Below, piece after piece: positions 1-10,775 of a stretch of 64,000 nucleotides of DNA (position 1 is the first letter of the stretch; every line of letters starts with the position of its first letter). The stretch lies in contig JAZDCZ010000180.1 of assembly GCA_036679605.1 (NCBI GenBank), forward strand, positions 32,001 to 96,000. The letters run 5' to 3'. This DNA is from Gemmatimonadota bacterium. Its GTDB lineage: Bacteria; Gemmatimonadota; Gemmatimonadetes; Gemmatimonadales; GWC2-71-9. Under the pieces are notes generated by a model. The model made no database searches and had not been told where the DNA came from. It saw only the letters and a program-made list of their open reading frames with translations. The position numbers and the translations under genes were made by a program.

Positions 1-355
1 TCGGAGCTTCCAGCCTCAGTGCAATTGCAATGCTGTCCGACGGACGGGCATCGACTTGCACAACTTGATTCTCCCTATGAATCTGAAGCTCGGCGTAATA
101 GGTGTTCTCCTTTACCTGAGTGATCCTTACCTGTTGCAGGCTCCCTCCAAGACCAACGATAATCTGCTTGACAAGATCGTGAGTAAGTGGGCGCGAAAAC
201 TTCACGCCTGCTAGTTCCATCGCTATGGCACTCGCCTCGGAAGGCCCTATCCAGATCGGTAGAGTGCGCTCGCCCCCCGTCTCCTGCAAGACGACAACGG
301 GCGTGTTCGTCGAACGCTCGAGTCCCAAGTGCTTAACTGTCACTTCCACCATCAT
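1..355 (-). CDS. bifunctional nuclease family protein (DUF151), 3' end outside window
   Basis: Manual translation (not in the ORF track): MMVEVTVKHLGLERSTNTPVVVLQE..RTLPIWIGPSEASAIA..RPLTHDL..DARPSDSIAIALR, typical DUF151 motifs. Confidence 0.9.
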   Translation of the reverse strand, partial: MMVEVTVKHLGLERSTNTPVVVLQETGGERTLPIWIGPSEASAIAMELAGVKFSRPLTHDLVKQIIVGLGGSLQQVRITQVKENTYYAELQIHRENQVVQVDARPSDSIAIALRLEAP

Positions 356-420
356 ACCGAGCCGACTTTCGGTGTTTGGACGAAGCAGCCGTGTGGCCGC
401 GACCAACCCATCTGATTCAG

Positions 421-1899
421 CTAATACCGGTAGTGATCGGGCTTGTAAGGCCCTTCTACTGGAACACCAATGTACTTGGCCTGTTCCTCGGTGAGCACAG
501 TTAGCTTCACACCAAGCTTGTCCAGGTGCAGTCGAGCCACCTCCTCGTCCAGTGTTTTCTGGAGGCGGTAGACTTTCTTTTCATACTCTGCGCTTCTCTC
601 CCAGAGTTCCAACTGGGCCAGCACTTGATTGGTGAATGACGCCGACATTACAAAGCTTGGATGGCCGGTGGCACACCCGAGGTTGAGCAACCGTCCCTCG
701 GCCAATACGAGGATGCTTCGCCCATCTTCGAAAACCCATTCGTCGTATTGGGGTTTGATATTGACATTCTCGATCCCGGGAACCTTTTCGAGCCCTGCCA
801 AATCGATTTCGTTGTCGAAATGTCCAATGTTGCCGATGATCGCCTTATCTTTCATCCGCTTCATGTGATCTACCGTGATCACGTGGTAATTGCCGGTAGT
901 GGTAACAAATATGTCGGCTAGCTCGACCACGTCATCGACCGGTTTTACCTCAAACCCCTCCATGGCGGCCTGCAAAGCGCAGATGGGGTCTATCTCCGTT
1001 ACGATTACTCGGCATCCTTGGCCACGCAGCGCTTGAGCGCACCCCTTGCCGACTTCGCCATAGCCGCACACCACCGCGACCTTTCCACCCAGCATGACAT
1101 CGCTAGCCCTGTTGAGCCCATCGATAAGCGAATGCCGACAGCCATAGATATTATCGAACTTGCTCTTGGTAACTGAATCGTTGACGTTGATTGCCGGGAA
1201 CAGCAGCGATTTGTCTTCTTCCATTTGATACAGCCGGTGGACACCCGTGGTGGTCTCTTCGCTGATCCCCCTGATGCTCTTTGCCGCCTTGGTCCAGCGT
1301 CCGGGATTGGTCGCCTGTTCTCTGCGTAACGTCTCCAGTATGACGCCCCACTCCTCGGGCTCGGTCTCTGCGTCAAACTTCGGAACGGATCCGGCGGATT
1401 CGAATTCGGCACCTTTGTGGACGAGTAGCGTAGCGTCTCCGCCATCGTCTACGATCAAATCCGGCCCCGAACCATCGGGCCACATCAACGCCCTGGCAGT
1501 CAACTTCCAATATTCTGGAAGAGTTTCACCTTTCCAGGCAAATACCGGGACACCTGCAGGGTTCTCGAGAGTGCCATCGGGCCCAATGACGGTTGCAGCC
1601 GCGGCATGGTCCTGCGTCGAAAAAATGTTGCAACTCACCCAGCGTATGTCTGCTCCCAGCTCAGCCAGCGTCTCTATCAGAACTGCAGTCTGAATGGTCA
1701 TGTGCAAGCTGCCCATGATCTTGGCTCCCGCCAGGGGCTTGTCTGCACCGTACCGTTCTCTGATCGCCATTAGGCCGGGCATCTCGTGCTCGGCCAGCTT
1801 CATCTCACGTCGGCCCCACTCTGCTAGGCCTAAGTCCTTGACTTCGTAGTCGGAAATCGAGGTAGCTGTCTTGTTAGGATTTGTGGCCACTGATGTCAT
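421..1899 (-). CDS. ahcY: adenosylhomocysteinase
   Basis: [56 protein letters not shown]. Confidence 0.98.
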   Translation of the reverse strand: MTSVATNPNKTATSISDYEVKDLGLAEWGRREMKLAEHEMPGLMAIRERYGADKPLAGAKIMGSLHMTIQTAVLIETLAELGADIRWVSCNIFSTQDHAAAATVIGPDGTLENPAGVPVFAWKGETLPEYWKLTARALMWPDGSGPDLIVDDGGDATLLVHKGAEFESAGSVPKFDAETEPEEWGVILETLRREQATNPGRWTKAAKSIRGISEETTTGVHRLYQMEEDKSLLFPAINVNDSVTKSKFDNIYGCRHSLIDGLNRASDVMLGGKVAVVCGYGEVGKGCAQALRGQGCRVIVTEIDPICALQAAMEGFEVKPVDDVVELADIFVTTTGNYHVITVDHMKRMKDKAIIGNIGHFDNEIDLAGLEKVPGIENVNIKPQYDEWVFEDGRSILVLAEGRLLNLGCATGHPSFVMSASFTNQVLAQLELWERSAEYEKKVYRLQKTLDEEVARLHLDKLGVKLTVLTEEQAKYIGVPVEGPYKPDHYRY

Positions 1900-1935
1900 G
1901 TTTGTTTTCTGTGAAAGTGTGTCGTGGTCTGTCTT

Positions 1936-3153
1936 CTATGCCTTAGCGGCCATCATCTCGGGTTTCTTCTCTGCTTCCTGGGTCGCCATCACAAGTTCGG
2001 ACTGACGGTTGGCGTCTTCCCAGCTAAACAACTTCACCTGTACGCCATGGACTTCCGTTGCGTACGGTTTCCTGCCGAAATGGCCGTAAGCAGCAGTCGG
2101 TTGATAAATGGGTTTTCTAAGATCCAATGCGTCGATGATGGCACATGGTTTGAGGTCGAACACCTCTCGTACGGCCCGCTCTAACGATGCCTCTGGCACG
2201 TTAGCTGTTCCAAACGTGTCGACCATAACGGACACGGGCTCGGCAACACCAATAGCGTATGCGACTTGCACTTCACAACGGCTAGCCAATTGGGCAGCAA
2301 CAATGTTCTTCGCTACCCATCGGGCTGCATAGGTGGCGGAACGGTCTACCTTCGTCGGATCCTTGCCGCTGAAGGCCCCGCCACCATGTCGTCCCGCACC
2401 GCCATAAGTGTCGACGATGATCTTCCGACCCGTCAATCCCGCATCGCCATGAGGGCCGCCGACAACAAATCTACCTGTAGGATTGATATGCAGCTGCACG
2501 TCGCTCACATCCAGCTGTGATTGATCGAGTACCGGCCTAATTACTATCTCAGCGACGCCCTCTTGTAGGTCGGCGGTCGTGACACCGTCATCGTGTTGCG
2601 TGGACAGGACGACAGCCTTGACGGCAACCGGCTTGCCTCCAGAATACTCGATGGCAACCTGGCTCTTGCCATCGGGCCGCAGCCAAGTGAGTTCTCCCGA
2701 TTTGCGAGCGTCTGCCAACCTCTGAGTAAGGCGATGGGCCATCATGATCGGCATCGGCATTAATTCCGGCGTCTCGTCTGTGGCATAACCGAACATCATG
2801 CCCTGGTCACCTGCGCCGCCCGTGTCTACACCCTGCGCGATATCACAAGATTGGGCATCCAACGCAGTGAGAATTGCACAGGTCTTGGAGTCGAAGCCGA
2901 ACGACCCGTCCGTGTACCCAATGTCCTCAATGATCTTGCGCACCAGGGGGGGAAACGCGCAGGGCTTGGTGGTCGTGATCTCGCCTGCCAGAACGACCAT
3001 CCCTGTCGTAATAAGTGTCTCGCATGCCACGCGGGCCGTGGGATCCCGGGCAATGATGGCATCCAGCACACCATCTGAAATCTGATCGGCCATCTTGTCG
3101 GGATGACCTTCTGTGACTGATTCTGACGAAAAAGTATACTTGCTTGAACTCAT
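1936..3153 (-). CDS. metK: methionine adenosyltransferase
   Basis: [33 protein letters not shown] signatures. Confidence 0.98.
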   Translation of the reverse strand: MSSSKYTFSSESVTEGHPDKMADQISDGVLDAIIARDPTARVACETLITTGMVVLAGEITTTKPCAFPPLVRKIIEDIGYTDGSFGFDSKTCAILTALDAQSCDIAQGVDTGGAGDQGMMFGYATDETPELMPMPIMMAHRLTQRLADARKSGELTWLRPDGKSQVAIEYSGGKPVAVKAVVLSTQHDDGVTTADLQEGVAEIVIRPVLDQSQLDVSDVQLHINPTGRFVVGGPHGDAGLTGRKIIVDTYGGAGRHGGGAFSGKDPTKVDRSATYAARWVAKNIVAAQLASRCEVQVAYAIGVAEPVSVMVDTFGTANVPEASLERAVREVFDLKPCAIIDALDLRKPIYQPTAAYGHFGRKPYATEVHGVQVKLFSWEDANRQSELVMATQEAEKKPEMMAAKA

Positions 3154-3195
3154 CTGAATCCGTAAGTCTAGGTAAGCCTTTAAAATAGCTCTAGG

Positions 3196-4977
3196 TCAAT
3201 CGGTGGGCAACCGGCCCAGTCCGAGCAGGGCGAGGTCTATTCTCTCTGCTGCATAGTCCTCGAGAAGCGAAGCAACTTCCGCGCCCGAACGGGCCTTGAG
3301 AGCCGCAGAGGCGGCGGATTCTGCACCCTCGATATCGAGTCGTCTGACCAACCAGCGCACCAGCGGCAGCGACGCGGGTGAAACGCTCATGACGCGAAAA
3401 CCGAGACCGATTAGTAGCACCAGTGGAATCGGTTCTGAAGCCATTTCGCCACAGACGCTCACATCGAGACCGGCCCGACGACCACCGTCAACAATCTGTT
3501 TCAACGACCGCACTACTGCTGGATGCAACGAATTGAACCGGTCGGCGAGACGCGCGTTCCCCCGGTCTACCGCCAACATGTACTGGGTCAGGTCGTTGGT
3601 CCCAACGCTCAAGAAATCAGACAGTTCTGCGAGTTCATCCACGAGGGCCGCCGCGGCCGGCGTCTCGATCATCACTCCCACGGGAAGGTCCTCTCCAAAC
3701 TCCAGACCTTCCGCCTTCAGCTCTGCAGCGGCCTCGCCTACCATCTCCCGCGTGCGGATAACTTCTTCCACTTCCGTTACCAGTGGAAGCATGAGTCTCA
3801 CGTCGGCTGTTGCGCGCGCGCGCAACATTGCCCGTATCTGCGTCCGGAATACATCGGGCTCATCGAGGCAGACACGTATGGCTCTCCATCCCAGAAACGG
3901 GTTTGCTTCCCGCTCGGCATGGAATGCGGCGGGAAACTTGTCGCCGCCAAGGTCGTAACTACGAACTACTACCGGGTAAGGTGCGAAGCGTTTGCCGACT
4001 CGCTCGAAGAATTCCGCCTGCTCGACTTCTCCCGGAAGTTCTGTCCGCCCAATTACTAGGAACTCGGTGCGCAACAGTCCGACACCGGACGCACCGTTAT
4101 CGTGGGCGACTTCAACTTCTTCCGGAAGGTCGACATTTGCCCACAGAGATACTGCCGTCCCATCAGAGGTGACCGACGGTTGCTCGAGCACGGCATCAAG
4201 CTCACGTGCCATTTCCAGCCGATGCCCCTCACGTCTATGGGCATTACGTATTTCCACGTCGGATGGGTCGAGTAATACCGTGCCGAGAGTCCCGTCCAAG
4301 ATGGCCGTGGCCCCAGACTGAACCTCATCCATACAACCAACCAAACCCATCACGCAGGGTATACCTAGACTGCGGGCAAGAATGGCTGCGTGCGCCGTGC
4401 GCGTTCCACGCTCACTGGCAATGCCAACCACCTGATCCTTTTGCAGCTGCACTGTGAGACCCGGAGTCAACTCTCGTGCAAGGACAATGACAGGTGGCGC
4501 CCCATTCTCGTTCAAGACTTCGTCGGTTTCACCTCCTATCAGAGCCCGCAGGACCCGGATCTGAATGCCGACGAGATCCGCAACTCGCTGTCGAAGGGTC
4601 GCGCTCGACGACCGTGCCCAGACAGCGCGCACTTCCAATACTTTGAATTCGAATGCGCGCTCGGCTGTAAGCTGATTCTCGCTCACGAGGCGCTCGATAT
4701 CGCCCAAGAATTCTTGATCTTCCAACATGGCGATCTGGGCACTGAAGATCTTTGCTTCCTCGGGACCTGCTAGGGTCTTCGTGCGATCCTTGAGTTCCTC
4801 GAGTTGCTGGCGGACCCTTTCGACTGCTCCGTGAAGGCGCGCGATCTCCTCCTCTACTTGATCTTCTGAGATCGCGCGATGAGAAACATCCGGAAGATCG
4901 GTACCCAATAGATAGAGCGGACCGACCGCTATGCCCGGAGAAACGCCGACTCCCGTAAATAGTCGACTGCTCTTCAT
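3196..4977 (-). CDS. ptsI: PEP-protein phosphotransferase (PTS enzyme I)
   Basis: RTAHAAILARS phospho-His motif, GLLRTEFL, NPFLGWRAIR, SVGTNDLTQY, VCGEMA. Confidence 0.96.
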   Translation of the reverse strand: MKSSRLFTGVGVSPGIAVGPLYLLGTDLPDVSHRAISEDQVEEEIARLHGAVERVRQQLEELKDRTKTLAGPEEAKIFSAQIAMLEDQEFLGDIERLVSENQLTAERAFEFKVLEVRAVWARSSSATLRQRVADLVGIQIRVLRALIGGETDEVLNENGAPPVIVLARELTPGLTVQLQKDQVVGIASERGTRTAHAAILARSLGIPCVMGLVGCMDEVQSGATAILDGTLGTVLLDPSDVEIRNAHRREGHRLEMARELDAVLEQPSVTSDGTAVSLWANVDLPEEVEVAHDNGASGVGLLRTEFLVIGRTELPGEVEQAEFFERVGKRFAPYPVVVRSYDLGGDKFPAAFHAEREANPFLGWRAIRVCLDEPDVFRTQIRAMLRARATADVRLMLPLVTEVEEVIRTREMVGEAAAELKAEGLEFGEDLPVGVMIETPAAAALVDELAELSDFLSVGTNDLTQYMLAVDRGNARLADRFNSLHPAVVRSLKQIVDGGRRAGLDVSVCGEMASEPIPLVLLIGLGFRVMSVSPASLPLVRWLVRRLDIEGAESAASAALKARSGAEVASLLEDYAAERIDLALLGLGRLPTD

Positions 4978-5249
4978 ATCTCGTCCGTGAACTCGCTTCT
5001 GAGGAGGGTTGCCAACTCCTCTACGGCATCGGCAGCCTCCAGACCATTGGCACGAATGATCACCTCGCTACCGCACTCGGCCGCAAGAGTCATCACTCCA
5101 AGAATACTCTTGCCATTCACCTCGACACCATCCTTCGATACTGTGATCTCACAAGTGTACCCAGTAGAGCGTTTCACAAACTCGGCTGCCGGTCGCGCAT
5201 GGAGACCAAGTCGATTGCCGATAGTCACCCGCTGCTCGGCGGAACTCAC
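4974..5249 (-). CDS. ptsH: HPr phosphocarrier protein
   Basis: GLHARPAAEFV (His15) and NGKSILGVMTL (Ser46); start moved to GTG 5249, a GTGA overlap with the IID stop. Confidence 0.94.
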   Translation of the reverse strand: MSSAEQRVTIGNRLGLHARPAAEFVKRSTGYTCEITVSKDGVEVNGKSILGVMTLAAECGSEVIIRANGLEAADAVEELATLLRSEFTDEI

Positions 5250-5983
5250 AACCAACTGCCTGTCAGAGCAAGCGCCATGACCACCAGAGCGAATCGGGTC
5301 GATCCTAGTGTCGGCCACAGCCACCTTGCGATCAACAGTCCGGAACAAGCTACAATTCCAATTCCTATCAACCCACCAGAATCGAAACTCCTGATCAACC
5401 ATGCGGCAACAAGCGGCAATGCGAATCCAAGCACTAGTCCCGTCATTGGCCCCGCCGCTCTTAGTCCTGATTGCAAGAGTGGGGTAGCCAACTGCTGGGC
5501 TACTTGCGTCCCAGCACGCCAACCTGCGAACAACGCCCAGGTTCGCAGTGTCAAGTGGATCGAATTATAGGCCAACAACGCGACGACGATCGCCACCACA
5601 GGAGACACTGTCACTGCAAGGACAAGACCTAGTCCCGAGCTTATGGGAAGCGCGCCAGCCCATATCAGTTGGTCGCCAATGGAGCCCAATGGCCCTGTGA
5701 GCGCCTTTCTCAGGTGAGACAACTTGTGATGATCGACGCCGTCAAATTCGGCGCGGGCGAGAGCGCCTACAGCGAACGCGGTTAGATACGGATGACCGTT
5801 GAAGTACTGGTTGGCACGCCCCAGCGCCTCCCTGTAATGAGAACCTTCTGGGCCTCCGGGCAAATCACGCAGAATCGGCTCACTAGCAAAGGCCACTCCA
5901 GTTCCCACCATCCGGTCGTAGTTCCACGACGCCTGTACCAAGAATGTTCTAAGATACACTAGCATTGCCGACGGCATTCTCAT
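5246..5983 (-). CDS. PTS mannose/fructose/sorbose family IID component
   Basis: QASWNYDRM, FNGHPY, GPLGSIGDQLIW; start ATG 5983 in an ATGA overlap. Confidence 0.92.
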   Translation of the reverse strand: MRMPSAMLVYLRTFLVQASWNYDRMVGTGVAFASEPILRDLPGGPEGSHYREALGRANQYFNGHPYLTAFAVGALARAEFDGVDHHKLSHLRKALTGPLGSIGDQLIWAGALPISSGLGLVLAVTVSPVVAIVVALLAYNSIHLTLRTWALFAGWRAGTQVAQQLATPLLQSGLRAAGPMTGLVLGFALPLVAAWLIRSFDSGGLIGIGIVACSGLLIARWLWPTLGSTRFALVVMALALTGSWL

Positions 5984-6651
5984 GATAACACCACGACTCC
6001 GACCAACCCCCCCGCCAGTCCGAGAAGGAACCAACGGAGCACCACCTTGCGTCCAATCAGTCGGAATGTCCCGTCAGCCACAGCTCCGAGAGAAGCGCCT
6101 ACCGCAACAACGCTCAGATATACCGCCCCCTCAAGGGTCATTGGCAGCCAGTTCTTGACCACCAGGGCCAGCAACAGACCGAAGGCAGTTATAAGCAAAG
6201 ATCGGAGTGCATCACGCCCAAGGCCACGCATGTGAAGGGCACCGAGAGCGCGCCGATCTCCACTATCGAGTGCAGCACGATGCTTTTGAACGTCTCTTGC
6301 GTTCAGAGTACGTATCGCATGGATTCCGACACCACCGAGGTACGCTGTCGCCAGCCCGACGCCAACGCCCACTCCTGTTCCAAAAACAGACGGAGCCCCA
6401 ACCGCAGCAACCGTAGCAGCTACCGCGCCCAGCCCAAAATCAGGATACCTTGATGCGCCAACCGGAAGCACACCCAGGGCGAACAGCTCCAAGACGATTC
6501 CCACCGATGCCCCCGCCACAGGATCTCCCACAATGATGCCTGCTACTGTGCCCGCCACCAGTGGTCTCGAAACCATGATCTGTGGCACCGTCACAAGATC
6601 CAAACCGACGACGACACTCCAAAGCATCAGCCAACCCAAGTGGTCGATCAT
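5980..6651 (-). CDS. PTS mannose family IIC component
   Basis: QIMVSRPLVAG..GD..GIVLELFALGVLPVGAS..PD; hydrophobic; operon position. Confidence 0.9.
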   Translation of the reverse strand: MIDHLGWLMLWSVVVGLDLVTVPQIMVSRPLVAGTVAGIIVGDPVAGASVGIVLELFALGVLPVGASRYPDFGLGAVAATVAAVGAPSVFGTGVGVGVGLATAYLGGVGIHAIRTLNARDVQKHRAALDSGDRRALGALHMRGLGRDALRSLLITAFGLLLALVVKNWLPMTLEGAVYLSVVAVGASLGAVADGTFRLIGRKVVLRWFLLGLAGGLVGVVVLS

Positions 6652-7121
6652 GCCATCTCCGCCAACGGCACCTGCCGCGCCGAGGGAAGGTCCTGGGCCG
6701 TAACCTCAACGCCACTCTCAGAAATCGATTGGAGTACGGCGAGTTCGTCGTCCGACAAGAAAACGTACGGTAGCCGTCTCCTTCGATCGTCACGCTCGTG
6801 AACTCCACCTATGTTCACTTTTTGAACGGCGTCGTTTGCGTGACATACCCGGGCCAATGTATCGACGTCTGCCACTATCACAATGGTGCGTTGCGGCGCG
6901 GACATCCACTCCTCTAGAATGTCGGAGGCTCCGGCTACCGAAGAGAACTCCACCTCCATACCGGGGGGAACTCCCAGCCTGTATAGCTCACGCTCCCAAT
7001 CGCTCGCGCTTACCCTGTCATCTATCAACAGAATCCGATCGATGTCCAGGGCATGGCCCCATCCGACTACTACCTGACCATGGATCAGCCTGTCGTCTAG
7101 ACGAACTAACGTCAGGCTCAC
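6648..7121 (-). CDS. PTS mannose family IIB component
   Basis: [20 protein letters not shown]; start GTG 7121 overlapping the IIA stop. Confidence 0.93.
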   Translation of the reverse strand: MSLTLVRLDDRLIHGQVVVGWGHALDIDRILLIDDRVSASDWERELYRLGVPPGMEVEFSSVAGASDILEEWMSAPQRTIVIVADVDTLARVCHANDAVQKVNIGGVHERDDRRRRLPYVFLSDDELAVLQSISESGVEVTAQDLPSARQVPLAEMA

Positions 7122-7498
7122 AGATCCACCGTTCGAATGCCCCCAACTCCAGCTGAGACTGCCCTCTTTGCAGCAGCGGATGGAGTTGTCTCTCGGTGGT
7201 ATACGAAATCGATCAGCATCGGCAAGTTCATGGCTGTGACGACCGCCACCTCGTCTCTTCCATGGAGTTCTCTCAGGGACGCCTGCAGGCAACTTCCTCC
7301 CGCCATGTCTGTGAACACTATTGCGGCCCCTTCACCGGTGGCCGCCGCGATGTTGTGGCAGAGAGTGTCTAGATCCGCACCTTCGTTCGTCACCGCCTCC
7401 AACGCACCCAGCTTGCCGGTAATGCCTTCGACCGCCTGCACGATGGCTGCAGAAAGGCCGGCATGAGAGACTACCACGCCTCGGAGGGCCTTACTCAT
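7118..7498 (-). CDS. PTS mannose family IIA component
   Basis: VVVSHAGL (phospho-His), [15 protein letters not shown]. Confidence 0.9.
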   Translation of the reverse strand: MSKALRGVVVSHAGLSAAIVQAVEGITGKLGALEAVTNEGADLDTLCHNIAAATGEGAAIVFTDMAGGSCLQASLRELHGRDEVAVVTAMNLPMLIDFVYHRETTPSAAAKRAVSAGVGGIRTVDL

Positions 7499-8459
7499 AA
7501 TCTTCTGAAAGGTACTCCTTCAGCTCCTGCTGCTCCGCCATCTTGTTCAGCAGCTTCTGATTCAAGGCCTGGGCCGGACTATGACCGCTGAAGTGCAGCA
7601 GGTGATTTAGCGCAACGACCTCGGAGACAACTGTGATATTCTTGCCGGGATTCAGCCGTACGGTCACCAATGGTAGGTCGACCCCAAGGATCGTCGTGGT
7701 CTGTTGGTCCAGACCTGTACGATCTACGTCTCCCGGGCTGTCCCAATCCTGCAGCTCCACGACGACCTCAATACGCTTCTGAAGACGTACTGCACGAACT
7801 CCAAACATTGCCGAAACATCGACGATTCCAACCCCGCGAATCTCCATATAGTTGCCCGACAGCTCGTCGGCCCGACCAATCAGCACGTCCGTGCCTCGCT
7901 GCATCACGTGAACGGTATCATCCGCTACTAGACGGTGACCTCGTTCAACAAGGTCGAGAACACATTCGCTCTTGCCTATCCCCGATCTTCCTCTGAACAG
8001 TAGTCCTACACCGAACACGTCGGCCAGCGAGCCGTGAACTGTAGTCATCGGCGCAAAAACTTCTGTGAGGTACGGTGTGATCCCTCGATAGAATTCGCTT
8101 GTCTTGAGTTTCGAGCGCAATACCGGAATACCTCTCTCCTTGGCAAGCTTCACCAATTCACGCGGCACCGTTTGCCCTTTCGTCACAAAGAGACAAGGCA
8201 TGTCAAAATCCATCAATGTCTCCAGCGCTCTGCGCCGGGCCTCCTTGTCGAGTGTTCGGAGGTAAGCGATCTCGGTCTCTCCCAGTGCGTGCAACCGGGC
8301 CCCCAGGAAACGATCGGTGAAGCCGGCGAGGATGAGTCCCGGACTGGACACCTCGGGCACAGTCACCTTCCTATCGAACCCCATTTCGCCCGTAAGCGAA
8401 TCGAGTTGGAGTTTATCTTTCTTTCGCTCGAAGAGATCACCTACCGTCAGATGTTTCAT
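7491..8459 (-). CDS. hprK: HPr(Ser) kinase/phosphorylase
   Basis: [11 protein letters not shown], Walker [23 protein letters not shown]. Confidence 0.96.
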   Translation of the reverse strand: MKHLTVGDLFERKKDKLQLDSLTGEMGFDRKVTVPEVSSPGLILAGFTDRFLGARLHALGETEIAYLRTLDKEARRRALETLMDFDMPCLFVTKGQTVPRELVKLAKERGIPVLRSKLKTSEFYRGITPYLTEVFAPMTTVHGSLADVFGVGLLFRGRSGIGKSECVLDLVERGHRLVADDTVHVMQRGTDVLIGRADELSGNYMEIRGVGIVDVSAMFGVRAVRLQKRIEVVVELQDWDSPGDVDRTGLDQQTTTILGVDLPLVTVRLNPGKNITVVSEVVALNHLLHFSGHSPAQALNQKLLNKMAEQQELKEYLSEDYE

Positions 8460-8767
8460 GGTTCCGACAGACCCGAAGTTTGGTGCACAGGGTGTTCACT
8501 TTGTTTGTCGAGCTGATTGCGGAGCTTCGCCGCAGCCCGATCTACGGCCGTGCGAAAGTCGGCCGCTTCGGCCGATGCGATCTTAATGATGCCACGTGCC
8601 AACCGTAACTTCAATTCGACTACTTGGGCGCCGTGGTCCTCGTCGAAGACGATCTCAGCACTCTGCGGCCTACTCGCTATCTTTGCAACCTTGTTCAATA
8701 CATGCTCCGCTCTTGTCCTCAATTCGTCAGAGATCTCACAATGGCGTGCTGTTATCGTAATTTGCAT
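8456..8767 (-). CDS. hpf: ribosome hibernation promoting factor (HPF/RaiA, short form)
   Basis: MQITITARHCEISDEL..DFRTAVDRAAAKLRNQL; directly upstream of hprK. Confidence 0.85.
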   Translation of the reverse strand: MQITITARHCEISDELRTRAEHVLNKVAKIASRPQSAEIVFDEDHGAQVVELKLRLARGIIKIASAEAADFRTAVDRAAAKLRNQLDKQSEHPVHQTSGLSEP

Positions 8768-8770
8768 TTG

Positions 8771-9898
8771 TTAGCCAACTCCATTGGAAGTAGTTCTTGT
8801 AATTGCCTCGAGCATGTGCTCTTCAGTCTCTTCGGCTGCCTGACTCCAAGAAAACCTCTCGGCAAATTTGCGCGCGGAGCGGCCCATCTCCTCGACGCGG
8901 GCACCATCGGAACTGAGCCGCGATATCTCTCTAGCAAGGGCAGCGTGGTTGCCATGCTCCACCAAGACTCCGGTCTGTCCATCAACGACAGATTCTCTGA
9001 GACCCGGACTGTCGGAAGCGACTGCCGGCGTTCCACATGCCGCTGCCTCAATATTGGTGATGCCCCAACCTTCCTTTGCGGACGGGAAGATCACGGCCCA
9101 GGCCCGTCGCAGTAGCCGACGTTTCTCTTCTTCGGAAATGAACCCCAGGAACCGGACCGCGTCACCAAGATCCAGTTGCCGCGCGAGCTTGCGGAGCCGA
9201 CCCAAATCGTCGCCTCTGCCCGCGATCTCTAGCTCCGCTTCGTGCCCGGCCTCCCTAACCGCTGCCATTGCCCGAATCACCGACTCAATGCCCTTGTATC
9301 GTCTGATCCGACCAACATAAAGGAATGTGGGCTTCTCCGCTCTGCTCGTCGCACACGGTGAGAACCACTCAAGATTCACTCCGGGAAAAATTACCCGAAC
9401 GGACGATGGCCTCACACCCCGCATCACCAAATCGTCTCGCGTACTGGTGCTGATGGCGTGAAATGCGGCCCGACGATATACCGTCGGTATAGCCTTCTCC
9501 GCGAGCCAGACAACTGTCGCTATCGGCAATGACGTCTCCTGAAACGCGGTCGTGCCAAAGAGGTGTGGGACGATGACGTATAGCGGCAGCCTGGTCATCG
9601 TTGGTAGGTACAGCGGCAGCTTGTTGATGTCCTCGACAACAACGTCGAAGGACCCACCCTTCAGCGCACGCCGCACCGCCCCCCTCCCTTTCAGGGCAAA
9701 AGTGTGCCTGCCTCCGACTCGCCTCACATCAATTCCCGATACGGTAGCTCGAGGCGCCGCGCCCTTCCATCCGGAAGTCACGAGAGTTACCTCGTGCCCG
9801 CGCTGCACTAGCCGGCCGAAGATTTCAAAGAAGTGGACCTCTGCTCCGCCGAATTGCGGGTTCTCCAGGTCGACCCAGTTGACAGCGAGTATCCTCAC
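8771..9898 (-). CDS. glycosyltransferase family 4 protein
   Basis: GGAEVH, YVGRIRRYKG, EGWGITNIEAAACGTP. Confidence 0.92.
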   Translation of the reverse strand: MRILAVNWVDLENPQFGGAEVHFFEIFGRLVQRGHEVTLVTSGWKGAAPRATVSGIDVRRVGGRHTFALKGRGAVRRALKGGSFDVVVEDINKLPLYLPTMTRLPLYVIVPHLFGTTAFQETSLPIATVVWLAEKAIPTVYRRAAFHAISTSTRDDLVMRGVRPSSVRVIFPGVNLEWFSPCATSRAEKPTFLYVGRIRRYKGIESVIRAMAAVREAGHEAELEIAGRGDDLGRLRKLARQLDLGDAVRFLGFISEEEKRRLLRRAWAVIFPSAKEGWGITNIEAAACGTPAVASDSPGLRESVVDGQTGVLVEHGNHAALAREISRLSSDGARVEEMGRSARKFAERFSWSQAAEETEEHMLEAITRTTSNGVG

Positions 9899-10317
9899 AG
9901 ACGACCGAGTCGACGGGCCATAGCGTCCAACACTCCGTTGACGAACGCTGGGGCCTTGGCCCCAGCAAACCAGCGGGCCAACCGAATTCCCTCATTGATC
10001 GTCACCCGCGGTGGAACCGACCCTTCCTCCAACTCGTGAAGCGAAAGACGTAGGATATTCCGTTCAATAATTCCGATCCGGTCCAGACGCCAGTTGTCCG
10101 CAGCCTTCTCGATCTCAGGATCGAGTCTCGGAATCGCCGCTACTACGGCCTCGACTCTCTCTTCGGCTTGTTCGACTGCTCGAACCCACCGCGAGTCTCC
10201 CTGCAACAAACCTGCTGCCACACCCGGAACGTCCGGAGATCCTTGGATCTCCCAAGCGTAGAGGAGCTGCAAAGTGCGAGCCCGCACCTTGGTCTCTGGC
10301 CTAAGCACCGCGCCCAA
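9895..10317 (-). CDS. nusB: transcription antitermination factor NusB
   Basis: ARTLQLLYAWE, NWRLDRIGIIERNILRL, INEGIRLA, FVNGVLD; follows ribH. Confidence 0.93.
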   Translation of the reverse strand: MGAVLRPETKVRARTLQLLYAWEIQGSPDVPGVAAGLLQGDSRWVRAVEQAEERVEAVVAAIPRLDPEIEKAADNWRLDRIGIIERNILRLSLHELEEGSVPPRVTINEGIRLARWFAGAKAPAFVNGVLDAMARRLGRL

Positions 10318-10774
10318 ACTGCTGGAGGACCCGCGCCGTGGCTACCGCTGCTTCTGCAGCCTCAGCTCCCTTGTTGCCCGCATCACCACCTGCCCTCGCC
10401 AGTGCCTGCCCCATGACCTCGCAGGTGAGCACGCCGAAGCCAACCGGGATACCGTGTTGCCTTGCAACGGTGCTAATGCCCCTAGCCGTCTCTGACGCGA
10501 TGTATTCGAAGTGTGTCGTCTCACCCCGGATAACAACTCCAAGCGCCACCGCAAGAACGTACTTGCCCGTGGCGAGTCCACGGTCAATCACTAGTGGAAG
10601 CTCAAACGCCCCAGGTACCCAAACAACATCGACATCTCGAGTGCCGAAGCCGGCGTTACTCAATGCATGTTCTGCACCCTCGAGCAGCTTGCGCGTAACA
10701 CTTTCATTGTAGCGTCCCGCAACCACCAATGCGCGCCCATCGAGTGGACGCGCTGTGCTGGATCCGCCAGTCAT
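10301..10774 (-). CDS. ribH: 6,7-dimethyl-8-ribityllumazine synthase
   Basis: VPGAFELP, LGVVIRGETTHFEYI, FGVLT, GNKGAEAA. Confidence 0.96.
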   Translation of the reverse strand: MTGGSSTARPLDGRALVVAGRYNESVTRKLLEGAEHALSNAGFGTRDVDVVWVPGAFELPLVIDRGLATGKYVLAVALGVVIRGETTHFEYIASETARGISTVARQHGIPVGFGVLTCEVMGQALARAGGDAGNKGAEAAEAAVATARVLQQFGRGA

Positions 10775-10775
10775 G

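Noticed and set aside
3154..3195. SAM/SAH riboswitch before metK-ahcY
   Set aside because: 42-nt gap with no recognisable aptamer motif.
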